Part shown: piece by piece, positions 38,116-47,569 of the stretch
How positions within the stretch are numbered: position 1 is the stretch's first letter
Layout of the letters: every line of letters begins with the position of its first letter
Assembly (NCBI GenBank): GCA_048939015.1
Contig: JBHLPW010000035.1
Span: 1 to 53,115, forward strand
Source of the DNA: Promethearchaeota archaeon
Lineage (GTDB): Archaea > Asgardarchaeota > Lokiarchaeia > Sigyniarchaeales > SOKP01
Direction: 5' to 3'
DNA: 53,115 nt
Position numbers and translations under genes: made by a program
The notes under the pieces: model-generated
Told to the model about the DNA's origin: nothing
The model's input: the letters and a program-made list of their open reading frames with translations, nothing else
The model's database searches: none

Positions 38116-38841
38116 ATGGCATTAAGTCCTATAGACATTATAAACGGAATATTCTCTCTCATTTTTGTTGTATTCTCCTTAGCCATTGGGTTTATTATTC
38201 TCACTAGATACTTTAAATATAAAGAAAGGATTTATTTTTTAGTTGGAGCAACTTGGATATTCATATCTGAACCTTGGTGGCCATCCATGATTTCATTTCT
38301 CATTGCTTTATACAATGATATTGGAATTTCATCTGGGATCTATTTTTTTCTAGGTAATGTATTCATTCCCTTAGCGATAATTCTTTGGTTATTAGCCTTT
38401 ACAGAATTTTTGTACTCTGAAAAGCGTAAATTAATTCTTTCTATATATGCAATAATAGGGGCGATTTTTGAGATATTATTCTTCATTTTTCTGTTTTTAA
38501 ATCAGAATTTAATAGGAGAATTAAACGGTCCTGTGGATGTGAATTATAAATCTTTTATTATGGTCTTTTTAATAATATTTCTATTGATTGTTGTAGTAAC
38601 AGGCTTTTTATTTGCAAATCTTTCTTTAAAATCAAAAGATCCAGAAGTAAAGCTCAAGGGAAAACTCCTAATCATTGCTTATATAGCTTTTTCTGTTGGA
38701 GCGTTATTAGATGCATCTATTCCATTTAATCCAGCGACGATAATTATAATTAGATTAATCTTAATCATAAGCGCACTTTGCTGGTATGGAGGATTTTTAT
38801 TGCCAAAATGGATGAAAAAATTCCTTCTAAAACATAAATAA
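38116..38841 (+). CDS. 7TM membrane protein, paralogue of 16003..16740
   Basis: Seven hydrophobic segments; EPWWPS, PLAIILWLLAFTEF, SLKSKDPEVKLKG, GFLLPKW. Confidence 0.88.
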   Translation: MALSPIDIINGIFSLIFVVFSLAIGFIILTRYFKYKERIYFLVGATWIFISEPWWPSMISFLIALYNDIGISSGIYFFLGNVFIPLAIILWLLAFTEFLYSEKRKLILSIYAIIGAIFEILFFIFLFLNQNLIGELNGPVDVNYKSFIMVFLIIFLLIVVVTGFLFANLSLKSKDPEVKLKGKLLIIAYIAFSVGALLDASIPFNPATIIIIRLILIISALCWYGGFLLPKWMKKFLLKHK

Positions 38842-38944
38842 TATAATCTTTCAATCTTTCCTTTTTTTTGTAATATTCAGATATTATCCAGATTCATATT
38901 TTATTTCATCTTATTCTTTCTTAATTAGTAATCTAATTCTAAAA

Positions 38945-39472
38945 ATGTTAAGTTCTGAAATAAGTAAACTCGTTAAATTAAGCTTTATAGGTGCTCCAGC
39001 GGTAGGAAAAACCACAATGTTAAAACTTTTATCTGAACAAACGATAGATCGATTATACCTTCCAACTCATGGTTTAGATCTAAAGACCGTTAGATTTGAA
39101 GATTATTATTTAAGAGTATGGGATTTTGCAGGTCAGAATAGTTATCTTAGGACATATTCAAAAGATTACCTTCTAGGATCAGATATCATCTTCATTGTGT
39201 CTGACTCAACTCCCCGAAATGTATTAAACTCAAGGGAACTTATTAATTATGCCTGCCATTTCGTTGGAAAGGAATGTCCCATTATTGCAATTGCAAATAA
39301 ACAAGATCTAGTTGAATCAGAAGGACGAATGGATGTAAAACGTGTTGAAGATATACTGCATTGCAAAACTTATGGTTTAACTGCCATAAATCCATCAGAA
39401 CGGAAAAAATTATTGAACATTATTAAAAAAGAATTAGATAAAATAGCAATAAGGAGGAGATTAAAGGATTGA
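38945..39472 (+). CDS. Small GTPase (Arf/Roc/Rag-like mosaic)
   Basis: G1 GAPAVGKTT, G2 PTHG, G3 WDFAGQ, G4 NKQD, G5 LTA. Confidence 0.92.
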   Translation: MLSSEISKLVKLSFIGAPAVGKTTMLKLLSEQTIDRLYLPTHGLDLKTVRFEDYYLRVWDFAGQNSYLRTYSKDYLLGSDIIFIVSDSTPRNVLNSRELINYACHFVGKECPIIAIANKQDLVESEGRMDVKRVEDILHCKTYGLTAINPSERKKLLNIIKKELDKIAIRRRLKD

Positions 39473-40029
39473 AATTTGTAGAAAGTGAAATGTTTGGAGC
39501 CGCATTGATTGGATTTGATATGATTGATGGTCCTTTTCTTAAATGGAAAAAAGAATTTTCAAAAGTAGATAAAGGAGTAAATTTAAATGACTTTGCCATG
39601 AACTTTTATTTATCATTTCGAGGTGGAAATGATGCAGTGAAAAAGCCGCGAGCTATATTATATGATGATTTTTATATTGTTGCTTTTCCAAGAGATTTAG
39701 AACTATGTTGTCTTTTTATGAAACCTCAAAATGTTGATAATAATATTAAACAGTTAAATAAAATTGCTACACGAATTATTACTGAAATGGAAGACAACGT
39801 TGAAGATGAAGAAGAACCTGATGTAGATTCTGATGAGAATACTATTGAGGAAATAATGAGATTAATCCCTAATTTATTAAATGGAACACAAATGACGACT
39901 CCAGAACTAAGAAGGTACTTTCAACTAAGTAATTCACAAGTTTGGAAAGTAATGTCTGAGTTAGAAAATTCTAAAAAAGTTGAACGCGCTGCTAAAAAAG
40001 GAAGGTCTATACTTTGGACCGCCATCTAG
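39469..40029 (+). CDS. uDENN/longin-like N-terminal domain, acidic linker, C-terminal winged HTH
   Basis: AALIGFDMIDGPFLKW resembles the uDENN FDxxxGP motif; MTTPELRRYFQLSNSQVWKVMSELENSKKVER...W resembles a wHTH; 4-nt TTGA overlap with the GTPase. Confidence 0.7.
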   Translation: MKFVESEMFGAALIGFDMIDGPFLKWKKEFSKVDKGVNLNDFAMNFYLSFRGGNDAVKKPRAILYDDFYIVAFPRDLELCCLFMKPQNVDNNIKQLNKIATRIITEMEDNVEDEEEPDVDSDENTIEEIMRLIPNLLNGTQMTTPELRRYFQLSNSQVWKVMSELENSKKVERAAKKGRSILWTAI

Positions 40030-40061
40030 TCCAATTTTTTCATTTATATCTTTTATTTACT

Positions 40062-40871
40062 TCATCTTACTCGGTGATCCCATTTTCCTATATTTTTAGT
40101 ATAGTAACGTGAAAACATTAAATAACAAATATCAGGTAGATCTTTATCCATTTTATGGATTGTTATATACCTAAGGATATGATTAATCAAAAATATTCCT
40201 ATTAATTCAACATGATAGCTACTCATATTGGAAAGTCTTTCGCCTGAGAATGAAATATCAAGTTCTTCTTTTTCACTCCAAATCAGCTCAACAAAAATTT
40301 GTGGTAATATTTCTCGTTTGATACTCCATTTATCTGCAGTCTTCCAAATAATTGCTCCTAAAAATTCAGATAAGTCTTTTACATCATCTTCTTTCAGTAG
40401 TTTAAAAGGCTCATTTCTTTGTATCAAAACTTTTTCCATCAAATCTGTTTTTCTTCCATAATCTTTTTCAAAAGGATCCTTTTTCTTTAATCTTCTTTCA
40501 ATTAAATCCATAAGAATATCGATATATGTCGCACTATCTTCACCAGGAACCCAGGTTACATGTTTACCTGAGAAATAATATTTAAATTCAGCTTCAACTC
40601 CGTCACCAAATTCATCACCAAAATAAGAAAAGGCCATATGAATGTTTACTTCGGGGAACATTTCAACAGAGATGGTCCAATCCTCGCTAAATCCGATATT
40701 CTCAATTTTTCCTCCGAGATCTTCGATAACTATCCTTTCTAATATACCTTTATCTATATCGATGAATAGAGAATATTTAGAAAGACTGATGTCTTCTAAC
40801 TCTTTTTCATGAGGTCCTCTTACTCCTGTTGCATCAATTTGACCAATTGTCCAATATTTTCGTTTTGACAT
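40062..40871 (-). CDS. Hypothetical protein with two internal repeats, possibly DUF3786-like
   Basis: LGG...WTISVEMFPEVNIHM...FSG and LGA...WSIKREILPQIFVEL...FSG; start taken as MSKRK. Confidence 0.65.
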   Translation of the reverse strand: MSKRKYWTIGQIDATGVRGPHEKELEDISLSKYSLFIDIDKGILERIVIEDLGGKIENIGFSEDWTISVEMFPEVNIHMAFSYFGDEFGDGVEAEFKYYFSGKHVTWVPGEDSATYIDILMDLIERRLKKKDPFEKDYGRKTDLMEKVLIQRNEPFKLLKEDDVKDLSEFLGAIIWKTADKWSIKREILPQIFVELIWSEKEELDISFSGERLSNMSSYHVELIGIFLINHILRYITIHKMDKDLPDICYLMFSRYYTKNIGKWDHRVR

Positions 40872-40885
40872 TATTAGTATAATTA

Positions 40886-42181
40886 TCATTTTTTTTTGAA
40901 TTTTGCTATAAAGAAACCTTCTGTGTGATGTTTAGCAGGAAATAACCGTGCAGTTCCAGGAATTAACATTCCATCAATTTTATAACCTTTATCCGTCCAA
41001 TCAGGGAGTTTCATAGATTCCAACTTATCTATATACTTATTAATTTGATATTCACCTTCTTCAGGATATAGACTGCATGTTGAATAAACAATAATCCCAC
41101 CCGGTTTTAATAAATCTATAGCAGATTGTAGTAGTTTTTCTTGGAGGAGTACGTTTTGATGTAGAAATTTTTCATTCTGTCGCCATTTCAATTCTGGACT
41201 CGTTAAAAAAGCTCCTGATCCTGTACATGGAGCATCTAATAAAATTTTATCAAAGTATTTTTGATACCTCACAGGAAAATCGATACTATCAGTATTTACT
41301 AAATGTACATTCAAAACGTTTAATTGAGTTAATAGATATCTCATTGCAATTGCTCTTTTTGAAAGAAATTCTCCTGCTATAATGTTTCCTGTATTATTTA
41401 AATACTGAGAAATTAGACTTGTTTTTATTCCTGGCGCAGCACACAGATCGCAAATTTTTTCTTTCTTATTAGGTGCTAAAAATTGTATTACTGCTACTGA
41501 TGCTTTATCCTGAAAGAGTAGACTTCCATTTTGGTAAAATTTACTTCTAATAACTTTACCTTTTTCAGTGCGAGGTATCCAGAATAGATTTGGTAAATGA
41601 TTATCTTTATGATAATTAATTCCTTTTTTTTTAAAATCTTCCTCAATGACTGCTAACATTTCCATTGGATTTAGATTAGTAATAAGAGTATTCACACGTA
41701 AGGTAATTTCCAGTGGAATATGCAAACCATTCATAAATTGAAGATTTTCAACGAGAAATTCAGTATTCATTACAGGTAGAAGTTGATCAATCATAAAACT
41801 CGGTATTGCTTCTAAAATACTAATTTTTTCTTTATCTTTTTTATTAACAAGAGCTTTTTCCAATGAAAAATTTCTAATATTTTTTAAAAAACGAATATCG
41901 AATTCTCTTAATTCTTTAATTACGGCTTTCTCAGTAGCATGTTCCCATAATATTCTATAGGTGGCATAAAAATATTTTGGTATATCTGTATTATCAAAGG
42001 ATTTCGATCCTTTTAGTGATTTTCTTACAATATAATTAATTTTATTCCAAAATCGGATGATCTCATTATAATAATGAACAACTGTAGTATTCTTACGCAA
42101 AGTGGATGATAAAACATCAGTGTCTTTATTGAGAAATTTTGATATTAAAGTCAGTGTAGTGTGAACATCTTTCTCTTTAAT
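40886..42181 (-). CDS. RsmB/NOP2/NSUN-family RNA m5C methyltransferase
   Basis: FQDKAS, DLCAAPGIKT, DAPCTGSG, YSTCSL. The frame extends 27 codons upstream of TTG 42100 to an ATT with an RBS. Confidence 0.93.
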   Translation of the reverse strand: MKEKDVHTTLTLISKFLNKDTDVLSSTLRKNTTVVHYYNEIIRFWNKINYIVRKSLKGSKSFDNTDIPKYFYATYRILWEHATEKAVIKELREFDIRFLKNIRNFSLEKALVNKKDKEKISILEAIPSFMIDQLLPVMNTEFLVENLQFMNGLHIPLEITLRVNTLITNLNPMEMLAVIEEDFKKKGINYHKDNHLPNLFWIPRTEKGKVIRSKFYQNGSLLFQDKASVAVIQFLAPNKKEKICDLCAAPGIKTSLISQYLNNTGNIIAGEFLSKRAIAMRYLLTQLNVLNVHLVNTDSIDFPVRYQKYFDKILLDAPCTGSGAFLTSPELKWRQNEKFLHQNVLLQEKLLQSAIDLLKPGGIIVYSTCSLYPEEGEYQINKYIDKLESMKLPDWTDKGYKIDGMLIPGTARLFPAKHHTEGFFIAKFKKK

Positions 42182-42351
42182 TTAAAATACCTTTTAGAAT
42201 ATAAAATTGATATTATTATTTTATAATATAAATGTAAAAAAAATACTGATATTTATTAAAGTTTTTAATCCTTCTAATAATCAACAAAATATAGTACTTT
42301 TTGTTTTGGATATTGCTGTAAAGAGAATGAAAAGGTTGAAGTTGGTTTGAA

Positions 42352-43110
42352 ATGTGGCTCGTACTTTTGATATGGATTATTGTTATATTTGTTGCTACTG
42401 TTTTCATTAGTCAGTATATTAAAATGTATAAAAGAGAAGATGTTGCAATAGCTTTCTATATACTATTTATAACCATGTCTCAGATATTAGCTGCAAAAAT
42501 AGGTGATTTTAGTATTGGGAGTTTTATGATAACCGCTCCAGTCGCCGTTCTAATCTTCCCATTTACTTTTCAGATTACAGACATGGTAAATGAATATTTT
42601 GGCCAAAAAAAAACACACAGAATGATTTTTATCGCTTTTATTACGCAGATTTTTATGGTTATTTTCATTTGGTTTAGTATTGAAATATCCGGAGCTCCAT
42701 TTTGGGGTCTTGATTGGGGAAGTGATCCTATAGAAGCTCAACAGTTTTGGTTAAACTTTCTTGGATCAACAATCCGTATAACTGCTGCCTCTTGGATTGC
42801 TTTCTTAATAACAGAAAATCTTGATGCGATTCTGTATGCAAAATTTAAGAAATTTACAGAAGGAAAAAATTTATGGTTTAGAAATGTGTTTAGTGATATC
42901 CCTACACTTGCTTTAGATAGTATTATTTTTGTGAGTATCGCATTTGGGGGTCTATTTGATATTTGGCCAGTAATATGGGGCCAAATTTTAACAAAATGGT
43001 TTTTTGGTGTTATAGATACTCCTTTTATGTATTTATCTCGTGGAATTGTTAGTGAAAAAATAAATCTTTTCGGTGGAATATTTAATAAAAAAAAAGAAAG
43101 GACAGATTAA
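42352..43110 (+). CDS. Queuosine-precursor (preQ0/preQ1) transporter, YhhQ/VUT family
   Basis: FPFTFQITDMVNEYFG, RITAASWIAFLITENLD, LWFRN...LDSIIF, DTPFMY. Confidence 0.9.
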   Translation: MWLVLLIWIIVIFVATVFISQYIKMYKREDVAIAFYILFITMSQILAAKIGDFSIGSFMITAPVAVLIFPFTFQITDMVNEYFGQKKTHRMIFIAFITQIFMVIFIWFSIEISGAPFWGLDWGSDPIEAQQFWLNFLGSTIRITAASWIAFLITENLDAILYAKFKKFTEGKNLWFRNVFSDIPTLALDSIIFVSIAFGGLFDIWPVIWGQILTKWFFGVIDTPFMYLSRGIVSEKINLFGGIFNKKKERTD

Positions 43111-43139
43111 AATACAAATCTGTTTTTTTAGAATTGATT

Positions 43140-43982
43140 TTATCGCTTCTTTTTCATTGCAATGAAAATTAAGCTAACTACTCCAATACTTGCAATTCCC
43201 ATAACGATTGGCAGATCATAACCAGAAATCGCGGCACCACTTGGTGCTTCCCAATTGTATTCATAAATTACATTTGTCTCATTATCTACTATTTTATAAC
43301 CTAAATATGCACCATATGTTTCATCATAAGTCCAGATCTCAGTACAATCTTCTAGATATGTAAAACCTGAGAAACTAACGTTTCCTGCTAACGCATTATG
43401 AACTACTGTATTTCCTACATTTTCCCATTGATCCTCCCATGTAATTGCTCCAAGATATTGAGCTACTGGTATTGGTAATTGAGTTAAAAATGCTGCTGCA
43501 TTTTGGACTGAAACATTAACATCTAAGAAAGCAAATGACCACCAAATATGGATAAACTCAGATAAAACAGTAGGGTCATAAAAAGACATAACACTTACGT
43601 TATAATTATGGGGAGTATTACTAAAAGCACCTACTGTCCAATTCCACGTATTAGTTACATAAGTCGTGACATTTTCTATATTCATCCCAATGGCAGTAAG
43701 ATCATATGTAGCACTTGTATTGACAGAAACTACTATGGATTTGAGCCCCGCACCTACGTTTATACATCCTTCTCCAAAAGAACCCTCAAGAATTGCTTTC
43801 CAACCTGCCCCAAATAAATCCTCTAAACTTGCATTATTTACAGTTCGAACCCTTAAAATTTTCTCATTTCCCGCAGCTCCTAGAAATGTATAGGTCCCAA
43901 CCTGAGGAACAACTGGTGGAGCGATAGCAAAAGTTATACTAAAAATAATTATGGAAGTTAGTAAAATATTAGATTTCTTCAT
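43140..43982 (-). CDS. Surface protein with Loki-CTERM-type anchor
   Basis: Signal peptide, many N-x-S/T sequons, ISGYD-TM-KKKR. Confidence 0.85.
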   Translation of the reverse strand: MKKSNILLTSIIIFSITFAIAPPVVPQVGTYTFLGAAGNEKILRVRTVNNASLEDLFGAGWKAILEGSFGEGCINVGAGLKSIVVSVNTSATYDLTAIGMNIENVTTYVTNTWNWTVGAFSNTPHNYNVSVMSFYDPTVLSEFIHIWWSFAFLDVNVSVQNAAAFLTQLPIPVAQYLGAITWEDQWENVGNTVVHNALAGNVSFSGFTYLEDCTEIWTYDETYGAYLGYKIVDNETNVIYEYNWEAPSGAAISGYDLPIVMGIASIGVVSLIFIAMKKKR

Positions 43983-44171
43983 CTCTAATCCTTTTTTCTT
44001 TTGTTAAGATTTTTGATTAAGATATAATTTCCTTGTTGATTATATAAACATTACTATGTTCTAGATTTCATTTATTCATATTCCAAATTTGAAATCGGTT
44101 TTTTATGAAATATTTAAAAAAAAAAATATCTAATCATAATTTAATTAAATAAAAAATTAGTTTGTTAAATT

Positions 44172-44948
44172 ATGCCATCATTTTCACCAGAGAAAAATTT
44201 TGAAATTTATTACGAAATTAGTGGAAACAATAGCGGTCCTAAAATAGTTCTAATTCATGGTCTTTTTCTGAATAGTGATACATGGAAGTTTCAGCTCCCT
44301 GAGTTTGAATCAACATTCAACATATTGAGGTTTGATCTTCGGGGACATGGGAGAACTACTAAGCCTAAGAAGCGTTTTACAATCCGAAATTATGTAGATG
44401 ATATGTTCTCTCTTTTACAACATTTAGGTTGGACAAGTGAGCTCTATTTAGTAGGTCATTCATTAGGGGGTATGATAGCTTTAGTTTACGGTCTAGAGAA
44501 TCCCTCCCATGTCAAAAAAATGGTTGTAGCGGATAGTTTTTGTTTCATTAGTCAAGAAGCAATCACCGATGTTTTAGGAAGGGTTAACAATAGCAAATTA
44601 GAGAAATTTGCTTTGGGAATTAGTATTAGAGGGTTAACTCCCTACAATGAAGAGATTGCCCAATATGTTGCGAGTTTGGTTATGGATCATATGACAAAAA
44701 AGGATTGCTTACAAGCTACAGCTGCTTCAGCTGGTTTTAATGTATGTGAAAACTTGAAAAATCTAAATATACCCGTACTAGTTCTTGTTGGAAAGAAAGA
44801 TATTACCACTCCTGTGTGGGCAAGTGAAATGATACATGAATGGTTACCTCAATCTAAATTAGTTATAATTCCAGATGCAGGACATTTAACTATATTTGAT
44901 CATCCTAAAGAATTTAATGATCTTACATTGTCATTTTGGAAAGAGTAG
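44172..44948 (+). CDS. Alpha/beta hydrolase (PcaD/enol-lactonase-like)
   Basis: LIHGL, DLRGHG, GHSLGG, GKKD, AGH. Confidence 0.93.
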   Translation: MPSFSPEKNFEIYYEISGNNSGPKIVLIHGLFLNSDTWKFQLPEFESTFNILRFDLRGHGRTTKPKKRFTIRNYVDDMFSLLQHLGWTSELYLVGHSLGGMIALVYGLENPSHVKKMVVADSFCFISQEAITDVLGRVNNSKLEKFALGISIRGLTPYNEEIAQYVASLVMDHMTKKDCLQATAASAGFNVCENLKNLNIPVLVLVGKKDITTPVWASEMIHEWLPQSKLVIIPDAGHLTIFDHPKEFNDLTLSFWKE

Positions 44949-44974
44949 TTATTTTTTTAAAAAAAATTCCTTAT

Positions 44975-45994
44975 CTATCCCCATTTTATTACTCCCGCAT
45001 TCCACGCCCATCCTATCCCTGCTGATACCATTACTACTATATCTCCATTTTTGATTTTTCCATCTCTAAGTCCATACTCTAGTGAAATAATACTATCATT
45101 CTGTCCGTTATGACCTATATTTTCTAGGTAAGTTGATTGAGAATATGGATCTACACCAATAGTTCTAGCTACATATTCAAAAGCACTTCTTTTCATATGT
45201 AATAAAGCCAAATAGTTAATATCTTCACGTACAAGATCAGATTGCTTTAAAACATTATCAATTACCTTAACAAATGAATCCATAGAGTATTTATCCAATC
45301 TCTCTTTTAAACCTTCGGGATCAGGAACATCCAAATAATTCAATCCATCTTCTAAGGCTTTTGAAGTAATAGGGTGAATAGTACCTCCTGCGGGAACATA
45401 TACGTCGTCAGCAAATCTACCATCTGAAATAGCACTGATACCTAAAATCTCGTTTATTTTATAATCTGCTCGAATAACAGCTGCTACGCCGCTTGCGGCA
45501 AGACTAATCATGAATCTGGATCTCTGATTTTTATAATTAATCAAATCACAATTCCGATAACCGCTTGCAACTAAAATCCTATTAATATTTAGATTGGTTT
45601 GAATTAGACTTTTTGCGATTAACATACCTACCAAAAAAGTACCACACCTTTGATTAACATCAAAAGCCCATGAATTCATTGGATTTCCCAATAATTGTTG
45701 GAGTTTTATTCCGTTTACAACCATCGGTCGTTCCGCGTAAACCTCTCCCGCCCAAATTATTACATCCAAATCATCAGGAGTTATACCAGCTCTTTCTAGA
45801 GCTTGAAAACTAGCATTTGCACCCATTTGAACAGTATGATCATCTGGTCCAGGAACAGTTTTACCTAATAGTCCAAATTTTTCTTCAATAATTTTTTTTG
45901 GAATTCCAGTTTCACTCGAGATATATTCACTTGTATGTCTTTCATTAGGAATATAGACTCCCCATGATTCCAGACCGACATAACGATGTTTCAA
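44975..45994 (-). CDS. FabH-like (KAS III superfamily) condensing enzyme
   Basis: QRCG catalytic Cys, LLHMK, IGHNGQND, SAGIGWAW; AGGTGA RBS and TTG start. Confidence 0.9.
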   Translation of the reverse strand: MKHRYVGLESWGVYIPNERHTSEYISSETGIPKKIIEEKFGLLGKTVPGPDDHTVQMGANASFQALERAGITPDDLDVIIWAGEVYAERPMVVNGIKLQQLLGNPMNSWAFDVNQRCGTFLVGMLIAKSLIQTNLNINRILVASGYRNCDLINYKNQRSRFMISLAASGVAAVIRADYKINEILGISAISDGRFADDVYVPAGGTIHPITSKALEDGLNYLDVPDPEGLKERLDKYSMDSFVKVIDNVLKQSDLVREDINYLALLHMKRSAFEYVARTIGVDPYSQSTYLENIGHNGQNDSIISLEYGLRDGKIKNGDIVVMVSAGIGWAWNAGVIKWG

Positions 45995-46005
45995 TAAAAA
46001 ATCAC

Positions 46006-47556
46006 CTATTTTAACTCTCGTTTCAAAATTTTTCCAGTAGCGCTAGTTGGGAGAGAATCTCTTATTTCAAAAAATTTCGGGATTTTATATTTTGCTAGTC
46101 TCTCGCTTAAATATCTACGAATTTCATCAACTTCTAAGGTTTTTCCTTGTTTTAATGTTAGAAACGCTTTACCAACTTCACCCCATTTCTCATCAGGTAC
46201 ACCAATAACTGCTGCTAGATCAACTGACGGATGTTTAAATAGCAACTCCTCAATTTCAACAGGATAAACATTTTCCCCTCCGCTGATGTACATCTCTTTT
46301 CTACGTCCCACAATGTAATAAAATCCTTCCTCATCTTGCATCGCCAAATCTCCTGTATGTACCCATCCGTCTGGTTCTATGGTTTTTTTAGTTTCTTCAG
46401 GTTCATCCCAATAACCTGAAAAAATGTGTGGTCCTTTGAGAAGTAATTCTCCAACTTCACCTTGCTTTACAATTTTATCTGTTTTTGTGTTTATAATTTT
46501 CATATCACAATGTAGAACAGGTAAACCTACAGATGTTGGTTTTTCCTTAATATTTATTTCTGGTAAATAAAAATTATTAGGACCTACCTCAGTTAATCCA
46601 TATCCCATTTTAAATGGCTTATCCTTAGCCCAATAATTTTCCATTATTGCAACTGGACATGGAGCGCCTCCAGATATAAAAATTCTCACAGATTCAAATT
46701 TAGTGTTATTAAACAAAGGAGAATTTGCCATCAAATGGAACATTGTAGGAACACCTATTATTATAGAACATTTTTCATCTTCAATAATTCTAATTGTCTC
46801 GACAGGATCAAAATCACCCATTAATATTGTTTTTGCTCCAAGATGGTAAAATGGGACTAATAGAACATTCCAACCACCAGTGTGAAATAAAGGAAATAAT
46901 AATGGTTGAATATCGTCAGGTCTTAAATTCCATGAGAGGATAGTATTGATTGAATTCCAGAAAATTAGTCGATGAGAGAGTATAGCTCCCTTAGGGAGTC
47001 CTGTTGTGCCTCCTGTGAATAAAATGAGGTGAGGATCATCAAAATTTAAAGAAGGACGTTCAACCTCAGAATCCGAAATCGATTTAGTTAAAAGGCTTGA
47101 ACAAGGATCTCCCAAGATTGATTCTTCGCCTAAAACAATATTCTTTTTTATTAATGCTTTTTCTTTTAAATTTAAAACAGAGTCTTTAACTTTAGTTTCA
47201 TAGAAGAAAAGAGAGGGACTAGTTTTTTTAATTAAATATTCCAATTCCTGTGTTGACAATCTTACATTAAAAGGGACTAGAACAGCACCTATCTTACCAG
47301 TTGCAAGAAAAAGATCTACACATTCTATTCTATTAGTAGAAAACATTGCAACACGATCTCCCTTTGTAACTCCTTCATTTAATAAAAAACGAGCTAATTT
47401 GTTCGCTCTTAAATTCAAATTCTTATAAGTATATAGTTTTTTCTCAATATTATCGAATATTGCTTCTCGATTTGGAGTTAAAAGCGAACGACGTTTTGCC
47501 CAATCTCCTATCCAAGAAAATTCATTCGGGATGGAATAATTTCCTACTTTAAACAA
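46006..47556 (-). CDS. Acyl-CoA synthetase (AMP-forming, FadD/MenE-like)
   Basis: FTGGTTGLPKG, GYGLTE, HTGD, SGGENVYP, GKILK; AGGTGA RBS and TTG start. Confidence 0.95.
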   Translation of the reverse strand: MFKVGNYSIPNEFSWIGDWAKRRSLLTPNREAIFDNIEKKLYTYKNLNLRANKLARFLLNEGVTKGDRVAMFSTNRIECVDLFLATGKIGAVLVPFNVRLSTQELEYLIKKTSPSLFFYETKVKDSVLNLKEKALIKKNIVLGEESILGDPCSSLLTKSISDSEVERPSLNFDDPHLILFTGGTTGLPKGAILSHRLIFWNSINTILSWNLRPDDIQPLLFPLFHTGGWNVLLVPFYHLGAKTILMGDFDPVETIRIIEDEKCSIIIGVPTMFHLMANSPLFNNTKFESVRIFISGGAPCPVAIMENYWAKDKPFKMGYGLTEVGPNNFYLPEINIKEKPTSVGLPVLHCDMKIINTKTDKIVKQGEVGELLLKGPHIFSGYWDEPEETKKTIEPDGWVHTGDLAMQDEEGFYYIVGRRKEMYISGGENVYPVEIEELLFKHPSVDLAAVIGVPDEKWGEVGKAFLTLKQGKTLEVDEIRRYLSERLAKYKIPKFFEIRDSLPTSATGKILKRELK

Positions 47557-47569
47557 TTTGTAAAATCAC

